Positions 33,917-43,234 of a stretch of DNA of 64,000 bases are shown here, one piece after another (positions within the stretch are counted from its first letter, which is position 1; each line of letters begins with the position of its first letter). The translations under genes and the position numbers were made by a program. Below the pieces are notes generated by a model. It did no database searches. It saw only the letters and a program-made list of their open reading frames with translations, and was not told the DNA's origin. Where the stretch lies: positions 4,992 to 68,991 of the forward strand of contig CAVPCQ010000038.1 of NCBI GenBank assembly GCA_963702425.1. The letters run 5' to 3'. This stretch comes from an uncultured Acidobacteriota bacterium. Its GTDB lineage: Bacteria > Acidobacteriota > Polarisedimenticolia > J045.

Positions 33917-35623
33917 CTACGGTGCACGCGAACCGACGCGCAGCATCGCCGCCGCTCCGATGCGCCGCTCGTCCCCCCGTCGCCCCTCGACGCGCCAGTA
34001 GAGCGAGCCGCCGTCGCGCGCCAGCGCCGTCGCGCGGCGCCACTGGTCGGCGCCCGGGGTCCACGACGTCGCACGGGTCCAGCGGCCGGAGGTCACGATC
34101 CGCCCGGCGGCCTGCGGGTCGGCGCTGAAGACGACGCGGCATTCGTCCATTCCGGCCGCGTCCCAGGAGAACGTCGGGAGCCGGTCGGGCACGGCCGCCG
34201 CCGCGCCGCCGCCCGCCGCCAAGCCCGCCGCCGTGTCCACCACCGCGCCATCGCCCGGCGCCAGCGGCCGCGGCGCGGTGTCGTCCGGGTACCACCGGGG
34301 GAACGCGTCCCCCCGCGGCCAGGCCTCGGCGCGCGCCGCGGCGCGCCGCAGCACGGACTCGACCTCCCACAGGAACGCCTCGGTCTGCACCGGCTTCGTA
34401 TTGAAGACCGCCGCGAACGCGCGGCCGTCGGTGATCCGCATCAGCAGCGCCGTCGAGCCGAAGAGCGAGCCGCCGTGCCAGACGGCGGCGCGCGGCCCGT
34501 CGGGACGCACGTACCAGCCCAGGCCGTACCAGGCATCGCGCAGGATCCAGGTCGATAGCTGCGGGCGGAGCAGCATCAGGCGCTGGGTACCGGGCGAAAG
34601 GAGATCCGGCCGCTCCGGCAGCCCGTCCACCGCCGTCATGAAGCGCACGAGGTCGATCGCGGAAGCGGTCCAGCCGCCCGCGCTGTCCATCGCCTCGATG
34701 TAAAACCCGCCATCCGGCCAGGCGACCAGGTCCTCCTCGTCCGGGAAGACCGAGCGGACGAGCGCGCGAACTCCGGAGTCGTAGTAGCGCACCTCGCCGG
34801 CTGGCCGGTCCGCGGGCCGGGAGCGCCCGATCCGCATCCGCGTGATCCCGAGCGGGGCGAGGATTGCGCTCCGCACGTACTCCTCGTAGCCCATCCCGGA
34901 AGCGTGCTCGATGACCCGGCCGAGCAGCGCGTAGCCGAAGTTGGAGTAGGAAAAGCGGCCGCCCGGCGAGAAGTCGAGCGGCCGACCCTTCACGAAGCGG
35001 ATCACCGTGCGCGCGTCGGCGGGGGCGGGGGCGTCGACGGCCTGCGCGGTGAGGCGCGGCGCGAACATCGGGTCGAGCGAGAGCAGGCGATCCCAGCCGG
35101 CGGAGTGGTTGAGCAGGTCGCGCACCGTGATCCGCTCCAGCCGCGGGTCGGGGCTGGCGCCGGCGGGAGGAGCGAGGTCGGGGAACATCGGGAAGACGCG
35201 CTCGTCGAGGCGCAGCCTCCCGTCCTCGACCAGTTCGAGGATCGCGGTCGCGGTCACCGTCTTGGAGACGCTGCCGATCCGGAAGACCGCATCCGGGGCG
35301 ACGGGCAGGCCGCGCGCGACGTCGGCGTAGCCGAAGCCGCGAGCGTAGACGAGGCGGTCGTCGCGGATCACGGCCAGCGCGCCGCCGGGGATCTCCCAGC
35401 GCTCCATCAGCGCCAGCATCTCGCGGTCGAAAGCGGCCAGGCCGGGCACGGCCGTGCCGGTGATCGGGAAGGGGTGCGTCTCGCGGGCGACGGGGGTCCG
35501 GCCGGGGGCGGGGGCCGGGGCGGCGGCAGGCAGGGCCGCGGGAGGCGGGGCAGCGCACGGTCCCGGCGTGGCCACGAGGCCCGTCGAGAGGAAGGCGACG
35601 ATCGCGAGGCGCCGGCCGGGCAT
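33917..35623 (-). CDS. serine hydrolase, class C beta-lactamase/DD-peptidase family, with C-terminal extra domain
   Basis: 568 aa from ATG 35623 (GGAGG upstream) with a signal peptide. S-x-x-K motif: FRIGSVSKTVTA. Y-x-N motif: FSYSNFGYALLG. The C-terminal ~150 aa lie beyond the catalytic domain. Confidence 0.8.
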   Translation of the reverse strand: MPGRRLAIVAFLSTGLVATPGPCAAPPPAALPAAAPAPAPGRTPVARETHPFPITGTAVPGLAAFDREMLALMERWEIPGGALAVIRDDRLVYARGFGYADVARGLPVAPDAVFRIGSVSKTVTATAILELVEDGRLRLDERVFPMFPDLAPPAGASPDPRLERITVRDLLNHSAGWDRLLSLDPMFAPRLTAQAVDAPAPADARTVIRFVKGRPLDFSPGGRFSYSNFGYALLGRVIEHASGMGYEEYVRSAILAPLGITRMRIGRSRPADRPAGEVRYYDSGVRALVRSVFPDEEDLVAWPDGGFYIEAMDSAGGWTASAIDLVRFMTAVDGLPERPDLLSPGTQRLMLLRPQLSTWILRDAWYGLGWYVRPDGPRAAVWHGGSLFGSTALLMRITDGRAFAAVFNTKPVQTEAFLWEVESVLRRAAARAEAWPRGDAFPRWYPDDTAPRPLAPGDGAVVDTAAGLAAGGGAAAAVPDRLPTFSWDAAGMDECRVVFSADPQAAGRIVTSGRWTRATSWTPGADQWRRATALARDGGSLYWRVEGRRGDERRIGAAAMLRVGSRAP

Positions 35624-35684
35624 CCGCGAGACCTCCGGGAGCGGGATTATGCCCGCCCCGGGGCCCCCCGGCTGCGCCGCCCGA

Positions 35685-35798
35685 AGGGGCCGGCCTTCGT
35701 GCCGGACCGACCGACGACGGGCAACCAGCGGGCCGGCACAGAGGCCGGCCCGACCGACGACAGGCAACCTGCGGGCCGGCACAGAGGCCGGCCCCTAC
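35685..35798. repeat. REP-like hairpin array (three hairpins; the two right-hand units have a 43-bp period)
   Basis: GGCCGGCcttcgtGCCGGAC sits at 35688-35707 in the opposite orientation. GGCCGGCACAGAGGCCGGCC then occurs at 35731-35750 and 35774-35793, each preceded by CGACCGACGAC(G/A)GGCAACC(A/T)GC. The array ends ...GGCCGGCCCCTAC at 35798, 8 nt before the stop of the M14 gene. Confidence 0.8.
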
Positions 35799-35805
35799 GG
35801 CGTCA

Positions 35806-38800
35806 TCAGGGAGTCGGCTCCTCGCCCGAGGTGCCGGCGGCGTTCTTCGCCGCGACCAGGTAGAACGACGAACCGCTCGCGGCCCCGCCGGTCGTGTCGC
35901 GCCACGCGGCCGACGTCGGTTCGCCGACCGCCCCGTACCCGCCGGTCGGCGTCCCCGAGCGGTAGACCGGGTAGGTGCGGGCCGCGTCGTGCAGTGCGTC
36001 GACCGGCGGTGCGGTCCACGACAGCCGGACGTCTCCCGCCCGCCGCTCCGCACGCAACGTTCCGCCGACCGGGTTGGGCGGCTTCGTCTCCGAGGGCGTG
36101 AACGGGACGCAGCCGTCGAACTGCCGCACCACGCGGACGTCGTCGATCAGCAGCTCGGTGAGCGGGTCGGCGCTGATCTGCGAGGTCTCCTCGGCCTCGA
36201 AGCGCACTCGCATGCTGGCGGTCGGTGTGAGGAGCGAGGTGAGGTCGATCGTCACATCGGTCCAGGCGGCCGCATTCGTGGACAGGTCCTCGATCGTGGC
36301 ATAGGTCGTGCCCCCGTCGGTGCTGACCTTCGCACGCGCGTTGGAGGCTTGCAGGAAACCGACTCCGCTGCGGTGGTAGAAGCGCGAGAAGTACAGCATC
36401 AAACGACCGCCCCCGAGGCCGCTGAAGACCGGGGAGCTGATGTGGACCCGGCCCCGGTCGACGTCGCCGGTGTGGGGGTCGAATCCAGGGCCGACGAAGG
36501 CGTTGCCGGTGACCCAGCAGATCGTGCCGGGCGCCGGCGTGCGGTCGTCCTCGGGCTGGACCGGACCGACGGACGGGTCGGTGAAGCCGTTCGGGTCCAG
36601 CCGCTCGAACCGGCCGCTGATCGTGGTGCCGCCGACGCTCCACCCCTTGTCGGTCTGGAAGTTGTCCGAGAGCAGCGTCTGCTCGGTCGGATCGCCGATC
36701 ACGATCGTGAAGTTGCTGCTCGTCGTGCCGCCATCCTGCCAGCGGGTCGTCAGCCGCAGCGTGACGTCCGGCCCGCACGGGCCGGTGAGCTCCACGGAGA
36801 AGTGCGGTGCCAGCGAGAACGCGCTCGTCCCGGCCGGGATGTCGGGGTAGTCGGCCACGGCGTCGTGGACCACCACGCCGGAGCTGATCGCCGAGAGCAC
36901 CGCGCTCACCGCCGTCGCGCCCGCGCCGCCGCTGTTGACGGCCTCGATCCGCAGGACCGCCGTCTCGCCCGGGTCGAGCAGGCCGTCGCCGTTGCCGTAG
37001 GCCGGGTTCGAGTCGTCGATGACGTGGCTCTTGTACTTGACGCGCGGCGTCGAGTTGCGAAGCTGCTCGCCGCAGATCGCGAGGTCGTCGAGGTAGAAGC
37101 CGGCCCCGGTCGTGCCGCTGTCTGAGGACAGCGAGAACCGGACGTAGACCTCCGACTCACCGTCGGCGAGGCCGGAGATGTCGTAGCGCACCGGGACCCA
37201 GGCCGTGTCGCGCCCGAATCCTTCCCACACGACCTGCCAGCCGTTCGAACCGGCGGTCTCGATCTCGACCCGCGCGATGTCGAAGCCCGTCTCGCTCCTG
37301 AGCCAGCGCGCGAAGCGCAGCTCTGAGTTCCGCAGCGTCGAGAGGTCGTAGGGACCGGCGGTCAGGAAGTAGGCCGCGCTGTCGGAGTAGTTGCCGTCGA
37401 GGTTGGTGCCGTAGACGTTGCTGCCGGTGTAGGCCGCGGTCGGGCCCGGTCCGGACGGGCTCGGCACCCCGAACTCCCAGCCGTTCGTGAAGGCGCCGTT
37501 ATCGATCTGCCAGGCCGGGTCGGCGTCCAGGGTCTCTTCGACCGAGGGACAGGCGACATTCCCGGTGGTGACGCGCAGCGTCCAGCTCCGCGCGGCGCCG
37601 CACGGTTCCGGGCTGCCGCCGAAATCGACGCTGATCGTCGCCTCGTAGCCGTCCGGCGTGCCGGCGGCGAAGGCGATCCGCACCGGGTCGCCGGCGGCGG
37701 CCTCGCGGGTCTCGCCGGCGGCGAGGCTGCCGAAGCTCGGTCGTGCCGTCGAGGATCGTCAGGTACGGGTCGGAGGACGTCACCGTGGCCGTCAGGCCGG
37801 CGAGGGCGTCACCGGTCGCGTAGGCCGAGAGGTAACAGGTCGACCGTCTCGCCCGGGTCGATCCGGCCGTCGCCGTCGCCGCCGCTCTCGACCACCCGCA
37901 CGCCGCGCACGGCCGCGTCGGCCGAGCCGGCCGGGACCAGGAAGACCTCGCGAGCGAACGGCGCGAAGCCGACGTCGGTCGGCCAGGCCTGGGAGGCGTA
38001 GCCGCTCCGCGACGCCTGCAGCGTGTAGCTGCCGGCGAGCACGGGCCAGTCGTAGCGCGCGAAGTCGGGCGTCGTCGTGCGCGGCAGCTCGCCGTTGGTG
38101 AAGACCTGCTCGGCGAGGCCGATGGTCGTCCCGGGCAGCGCAGCGCCGGTGCAGGCGTCCTTCACGTGACCGGTCAGCCGCGGGCCGTCGAGCAGCTCGA
38201 GCGTGTAGCGCCAGCCCGCGCGGGCCCGCAGGACGGTCGTCTCGCGCCACGTCGCGTAGTCGGGCTGGAACCCCTGGCTGTCGGCGTTCAGCTCGTACGT
38301 CACGCCGACCGCCCCCAGCTCGCCGTACATCCAGCCGTCGGTGTCGCCGTCGACCGAGTAGAGCAGCTCCCACGGCGTGCCGAACTGGAACCAGGTCCCG
38401 GCGACGTCGCCCTGCATCCGGGACGCGGCCACGTTGGCCAGCTCGCGGAACATCCGGAAGTCGGGCTGAGCCACGGAGGAGCTCTCGCAGCCGTAGGGAT
38501 GGAGCGTGTACCCGCCGTAGGTGTGGTACGAGATGTAGTAGACGGGGCGCTGCTGCCGGGCGAGGTTGATCAGCCCGATGTTCGTCGGCTCCGAGCCGGG
38601 GCTCGGGCCGCGGTAGGTGTCGGAGCTGGGGCTGCCCGACGAGCCGCCGCAGGCGTTCCAGGTCAGCGGGTAGTTGCGGTTGAGGTCGACGCCGAAGCTG
38701 CCGTCGCCGTTGTTGCGGCGGTTCTTGCGCCAGTTCGACTCGTTGGTGAACACGTAGCTGGCGCCGTCCGGGTTGTGCGACGGCAGGACCCAGATCTCGC

Positions 38801-39443
38801 TCTCGTTGACCCAGCGGGTGATCGTCGGGTCGGTGCCGTACTGCGTGAGCAACTGGTCGATCGTGTCGATCGCAACCTCCGGCGTCATCACCTCGCGCGC
38901 GTGGTGCTGCGCGACGTAGAGCACCGCCGGCTCGTCTTCCTCGACGGCCACGTTGTCCGAGATCTTCATCGCCCAGGCGGTTCGACCCTCGTGGTCGGTG
39001 GCATAGGCGACCCGCTTGGCGAGCGCGGGGTAGGCCGACTCGAACTGCGCGAGACGGGCCTCGAGCTCCGACGGCGACAGGTAGTCCGACAGCGCCTCCG
39101 GCGCGAGCGGGCCGTCCGCCGGCTGCGGGTCGAAGCCGAGCGTCCGCAGCAGCGCGATCTCCGCCTCGCCCCCCATCACGTCGAGCGTCCCGCGCTTGGC
39201 GTTGACGTAGGTCACGTCGAGGCCGCGCAGCTTCAGCTCGTCCAGCAACTGGCGGGGGTCCTGATCGAAGCGGATACGCAGCCGGACCGTCGGGCTGGCC
39301 GGAGTCACGGGGGCCGCGGCTCCGTCCTCTCCCGCCAGTGCGGGCGAGACGGCGAGGCTCGCGGCGGCGACGGCGGCGACGAGAGCGATGAGCAGGCAGG
39401 CGGCGGACGACAAGAGAACGACGAGCCGGGCACGGGTGCGCAT
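35806..39443 (-). pseudogene. secreted M14 zinc carboxypeptidase fused to large beta-sandwich (MAM/LamG-like) region and C-terminal FN3-like module; two +1 frame disruptions (about 37830-37840 and 37735-37758)
   Basis: Frame 1 (37809..39443) carries a signal peptide and the motifs QHHAREVMTPE (HxxE), SHNPDG, DLNRNY, ISYHTYGG. It ends ..GRIDPGETVDL, then runs into TGA. Frame 2 (part of 37499..37783) reads YLSAYATGDALAGLTATVTSSDPYLTILDGTTE. Frame 3 (35806..37683) reads FGSLAAGETREAAAGDPVRIAFAAGTPDGYEATISVDF.... All three pieces read as one continuous protein. Confidence 0.75.
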
Positions 39444-39512
39444 GAGGGGACTCCGCGGGGGGTAGCGCGACCTATTTACCGCGATTTAGTCCCCGAGGGA
39501 ACCGGAAGCGTG

Positions 39513-39884
39513 TCAGGCGGTCCGGACCTCGATCTGCGGCGGCCGCTCGAGGTGCTTCTTGACCGCGCAGAGCTGGGCCGAGCGGATCACCGCCTCGCGG
39601 TACTGCTCCGGGAACCCGGGTGGCAGCTCGATCGTGAGCTCGATCTTCCCGATCAGCTTCGAGGCCGGGTCCTGGATCATCCGCTGGCGGATGACCAGCC
39701 CCTCGGTCGGGAGTCCGCGTTGGCGCAGGAAGCTCGAGACGTAGATCCCGGCGCAGGTGCCGATCGAGGCCAGGAAGAGCTGGAAGGGGGAGGGGGCCGA
39801 GCCGTCCTGGTCGGTGACCAGACGGATCCCGTCCATCACCGCGTCGACGCGGTCGCCGCCGGGGAATTCGATCGTCATGTCCAT
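39513..39884 (-). CDS. OsmC/Ohr-family peroxiredoxin-like protein
   Basis: 123 aa. The two conserved Cys contexts are present: LASIGTCAGIYV and SAQLCAVKKHL. Confidence 0.8.
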   Translation of the reverse strand: MDMTIEFPGGDRVDAVMDGIRLVTDQDGSAPSPFQLFLASIGTCAGIYVSSFLRQRGLPTEGLVIRQRMIQDPASKLIGKIELTIELPPGFPEQYREAVIRSAQLCAVKKHLERPPQIEVRTA

Positions 39885-39913
39885 GCCGGAGAGATGCGGG
39901 ACGGCGGGGCGGG

Positions 39914-41053
39914 TTACAGCTGCTCGCCGAGGCGCTGGGTGCAGTCGGGATAGTCGCAGCAGGTGTGACAGACGCGCTTGTAGGCGTTGAAGGAGAGCAG
40001 CTCGACGGTCGGCGTGAGGTGCTCGGGCTTCTCCGGTTCCTCGCGCAGCAGATCGGTGGAGAGGTACTTCTTGTTGTCGTCCGGGAAGACGGTCACCACG
40101 ACCGCGTCGGGGCCGAGCTGCTCCTGCACCTCGAGCGCGGCGACGAAGTTGGCGCCGGACGAGATCCCGACGGCCAGGCCCAGCTCTCGCGCCAGCTTCT
40201 GGGCCATCAGGATCGCGTCACCGTCGCAGACGTCGACGACCGGATCGAGCGCGTCGAGCCGGACGATCTCCGGGATGAACTCGTCGGAGATCCCCTGGAT
40301 CCGGTGCTGGCCGACCTTGCGGCCGGTCCGCAGCGTGGGCGAGCTGGCCGGCTCCATCGGGTGGATCCTGATCGCGGGGCGCTGCTGCTTCAGGTAGGTG
40401 CCGACGCCCATGATCGTCCCGCCGGTACCGACGCCGGCGACGAAGGCGTCGGGGGTGACGCCGTTGGCGCGAAGCTGCCACCAGATCTCGGGCGCCGTGG
40501 CGGTCGCGTGGGCCTCGCAGTTGTGCTCGTTGGCGAACTGCCGCGGGAGGAAGCATCCCCCGTCCGAGGCCAGCTCCTCGGCCATCCGGATGCTGCCGAG
40601 AAAGCCCCCTTCTTCACGCGTCACCGGGCGGATCGCGGCGCCGAGGCTGCGGATCAGCTCGACCCGCTCGCGGCTCATCCAGTCGGGCATGAAGATCGTC
40701 ACCGGGTGGCCGAGCGCGCGCCCGATCGCGGCGAAGGAGATGCCGGTGTTGCCGGAGGTGGCCTCGACGATCCGCTCGCCGGGCGCGAGGCAGCCGTCGG
40801 CGTAGGCCCGCCGCAGGATGTGAAGCGCCATCCGGTCTTTGATGCTGCCGGTCATGTTGAGCTGCTCGGCCTTGGCGAAGATCCGCCGCGTCCGGCCGCG
40901 GAAGCGGAGTGCGATCTCGAGAAGCGGGGTGTTCCCGACCAGGTGGCCGATCGCCTGCAGGCGCCGCGTGGGCGGGTCGGCAGCGGGGAGGCCGGCCGGA
41001 GGTGGCGGCGGGAACGGGGAGAGGGTCCGTCGGGGTGGCGGTTGCGGGTTCAC
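39914..41053 (-). CDS. cysteine synthase / PLP-dependent beta-replacement enzyme (CysK/CysM/CBS family) with Cys-rich C-terminal tail; start uncertain
   Basis: Motifs seen: GNTPLL, PLP-lysine context [41 protein letters not shown]. The extra tail reads ..[28 protein letters not shown] 41053 is my choice of start; the track uses TTG 41191. Confidence 0.75.
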   Translation of the reverse strand: MNPQPPPRRTLSPFPPPPPAGLPAADPPTRRLQAIGHLVGNTPLLEIALRFRGRTRRIFAKAEQLNMTGSIKDRMALHILRRAYADGCLAPGERIVEATSGNTGISFAAIGRALGHPVTIFMPDWMSRERVELIRSLGAAIRPVTREEGGFLGSIRMAEELASDGGCFLPRQFANEHNCEAHATATAPEIWWQLRANGVTPDAFVAGVGTGGTIMGVGTYLKQQRPAIRIHPMEPASSPTLRTGRKVGQHRIQGISDEFIPEIVRLDALDPVVDVCDGDAILMAQKLARELGLAVGISSGANFVAALEVQEQLGPDAVVVTVFPDDNKKYLSTDLLREEPEKPEHLTPTVELLSFNAYKRVCHTCCDYPDCTQRLGEQL

Positions 41054-41200
41054 GGTGCGGGGAGGATAGCGCACCGGGCCGCCGATGCAGCGGAAGCGGG
41101 TATCGACGGGGCCTACCGAGTCGCGGCCGCCGGCCCGGTCGTCGCCGCGCCGCGCTTCTCCTGGTGGCAGGTCACGTCGCGGCAGGGCCAAGGCCCCCCG

Positions 41201-43090
41201 CTAGCGCCTCCGCCACCCGCCGCCCCCCGGCAGGACCGCGTCCCGTCCCGGCCGGCGCGGCTCCCAGGGCGCGATCCACGGCGAGAGCGGCAGCCGGTCC
41301 TCCGCCGCCTCCAGCTCCTCCGCCAGCCCGGCCGAGCCGGCCACGACCGGCGCCCACTCCTCGCCGCGGCGCTTGCCGGCGATCTCGTCCAGCTCGCGGT
41401 GGGCGAGGTCGCGGATCTCCGGCCGCAGCCCCTGGGCGGCGATCTCCTCGGTGAAGGCCCGGCGCCCCTCGACGAGGTCGGCCACGAAGGCGGCGATCTG
41501 CTCGCTCGAGTAGAAGTTCTCGGCGCGGTAGGGCGACAGGTCGGTCCCCTCCGAGCGGACGACCTCCTCGGTGTTGAGCCGACCCTTGAGGTACTCGTTG
41601 GTCCCGCGCAGGTCGCCGCGCTGCAGCGCAGCCATCAGGTCGATCGGTACGCGCGTCACCTTGCGGACCAGCTTCTTCGCGCCGGTCACCTTGTCGGTCT
41701 CGATGATCTCGCCGACGCCACCGGTGTTGTACTGGAAGAAGTGGACCTTGCCCGGGTGACGGTTCACCAGCTCCATCACGATCTCGTGGAACGCGTTGAC
41801 CTTGCGCCCCTGCTGGCCGACGATGAAGTCGTCCATGCCGACGATCCGGACGCTCTCCCCGGCCTTTTCCGGCACCGTCGCGAAGGAGTGCGTCGACTCG
41901 CCCCACAGGTAGGCCAGCACCCCCTGCTGCGGCGTCAGCCGCTGCGCGAAGGGCATGATCGTGGCGCGGCGCGTGATGAACGAGAAGACGATCCCGTCGA
42001 GCTGGTCGAGCGGCGCAACATTGATCGAGTCGTGGCAGATCGAGACGAACTTGCGGCCGCGCTGGACCACCAGCCGGCGCCGGTCCAGGACGCCGCGGCT
42101 GTTCTCGCCCAGCCGCTCGTCGAGGAAGCTCGCACGGCCCTTGTAATCGACCATCGTGTTCTCGAGCAGCGTGCTCTTATGGGCCAGCGCGTGGTACATC
42201 GCCTCCTGCAGCTTGATGTCGACATCGGTCTTGACGTAGAAGCCCTGCTCGGTGCCGTAGGACGAGCCGTCGCGCCGCAGCCAGACGATGTCGTCCTGCG
42301 CGACCCAGGTCCCCTCGCCCTGGTCGGGGTCGAGCCCGAGCTGGTGGCAGGACCAGGTCGACTTGCCGGTGGCCGTCAGGCCGAACATGAAAACGCCGAA
42401 GGTCTTGAGCTTGCCGGCCTTCGCGTCGCGCGCGCGGACGACCTTCGTCCCGGCGTGCAGGCCCAGCATCCCGCGCTCGTCGGCGCGGTACATTCCCTGG
42501 CGCAGGAACCCCTTCTTGCACTCGCCGGTGTAGTCCGAGCCCATCGCGATGTTGATGTCGTGCTCGGGGAGCGAAAGGATCTGCATCCGGACCGGGTGCT
42601 CTTCCGGGAGGTCGATCATGATGAACTCCGGCCCGGGCCGGCCCGGCCGGACGTCGTTCATCGTGCAGCCCCACATGTAGGCCAGGCGCGCGTTCTTGGG
42701 GTCGGCGACCGAGACGTAGAGGTTGCAGATCGGGTTGAACTCGGGGTTGTCCCCCATCTGCCGCCGGACGTGGACGAACGGCAGCGTCCGGATCAGCTGC
42801 AGCACCTTGTGCAGTTGGTCGGGCGAGCGCTCGGCCAGCTGGAGCTGGAGCTTGCTGGCCCGCGGCAGCCAGACCCCGGAGCTGCCGAGGAAGAGCGTCC
42901 GTGCCGCCATCCGCGAGGAGATCGCCGAGTACCAGACGTGCGAGCCGTCGGCGGTCCGCCGGGCGAAGGGGAGGGCCATCCGCCGCAGCTGGCGCATCGA
43001 GACGTGCCGGATGTTCGGGCCGTCGAGGCTGCTCCTCAGGTTGTCGGCGAATCGCCTGTAGACATCGGGATCGTACGGGCCGCTTGCCAT
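41201..43090 (-). CDS. phosphoenolpyruvate carboxykinase (ATP)-like protein, divergent, with ~90-aa C-terminal extension
   Basis: 629 aa. GSDYTGECKKGFL matches the YxGExKKG motif. The kinase-1a P-loop reads FGLTATGKST (canonical GLSGTGKTT). Also seen: ..AQDDIVW..GFYVKT.., LLENTMVD. The C-terminal tail is Arg/Glu/Pro-rich. Confidence 0.7.
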   Translation of the reverse strand: MASGPYDPDVYRRFADNLRSSLDGPNIRHVSMRQLRRMALPFARRTADGSHVWYSAISSRMAARTLFLGSSGVWLPRASKLQLQLAERSPDQLHKVLQLIRTLPFVHVRRQMGDNPEFNPICNLYVSVADPKNARLAYMWGCTMNDVRPGRPGPEFIMIDLPEEHPVRMQILSLPEHDINIAMGSDYTGECKKGFLRQGMYRADERGMLGLHAGTKVVRARDAKAGKLKTFGVFMFGLTATGKSTWSCHQLGLDPDQGEGTWVAQDDIVWLRRDGSSYGTEQGFYVKTDVDIKLQEAMYHALAHKSTLLENTMVDYKGRASFLDERLGENSRGVLDRRRLVVQRGRKFVSICHDSINVAPLDQLDGIVFSFITRRATIMPFAQRLTPQQGVLAYLWGESTHSFATVPEKAGESVRIVGMDDFIVGQQGRKVNAFHEIVMELVNRHPGKVHFFQYNTGGVGEIIETDKVTGAKKLVRKVTRVPIDLMAALQRGDLRGTNEYLKGRLNTEEVVRSEGTDLSPYRAENFYSSEQIAAFVADLVEGRRAFTEEIAAQGLRPEIRDLAHRELDEIAGKRRGEEWAPVVAGSAGLAEELEAAEDRLPLSPWIAPWEPRRPGRDAVLPGGGGWRRR

Positions 43091-43170
43091 GCAAGGACCT
43101 CTCGGGACAGCGGGCGGGAATCGGATGTTAGTCGGTCGGGAGCGCCGAGGGCAAGCGAAGCCGGGCCCGG

Positions 43171-43199
43171 TTGTAGTCCCCCGCCGATTGTCCTATGGT
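43171..43199 (+). promoter_or_regulatory. candidate sigma-70-type promoter for the flotillin gene
   Basis: TTGTAG (43171-43176), a 17-nt spacer, then TATGGT (43194-43199). It lies 36 nt upstream of ATG 43235, whose RBS is GGAGGAG. Confidence 0.3.
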
Positions 43200-43234
43200 G
43201 GTTCCCCCTACCCAGCACGGACTCGGAGGAGTCC

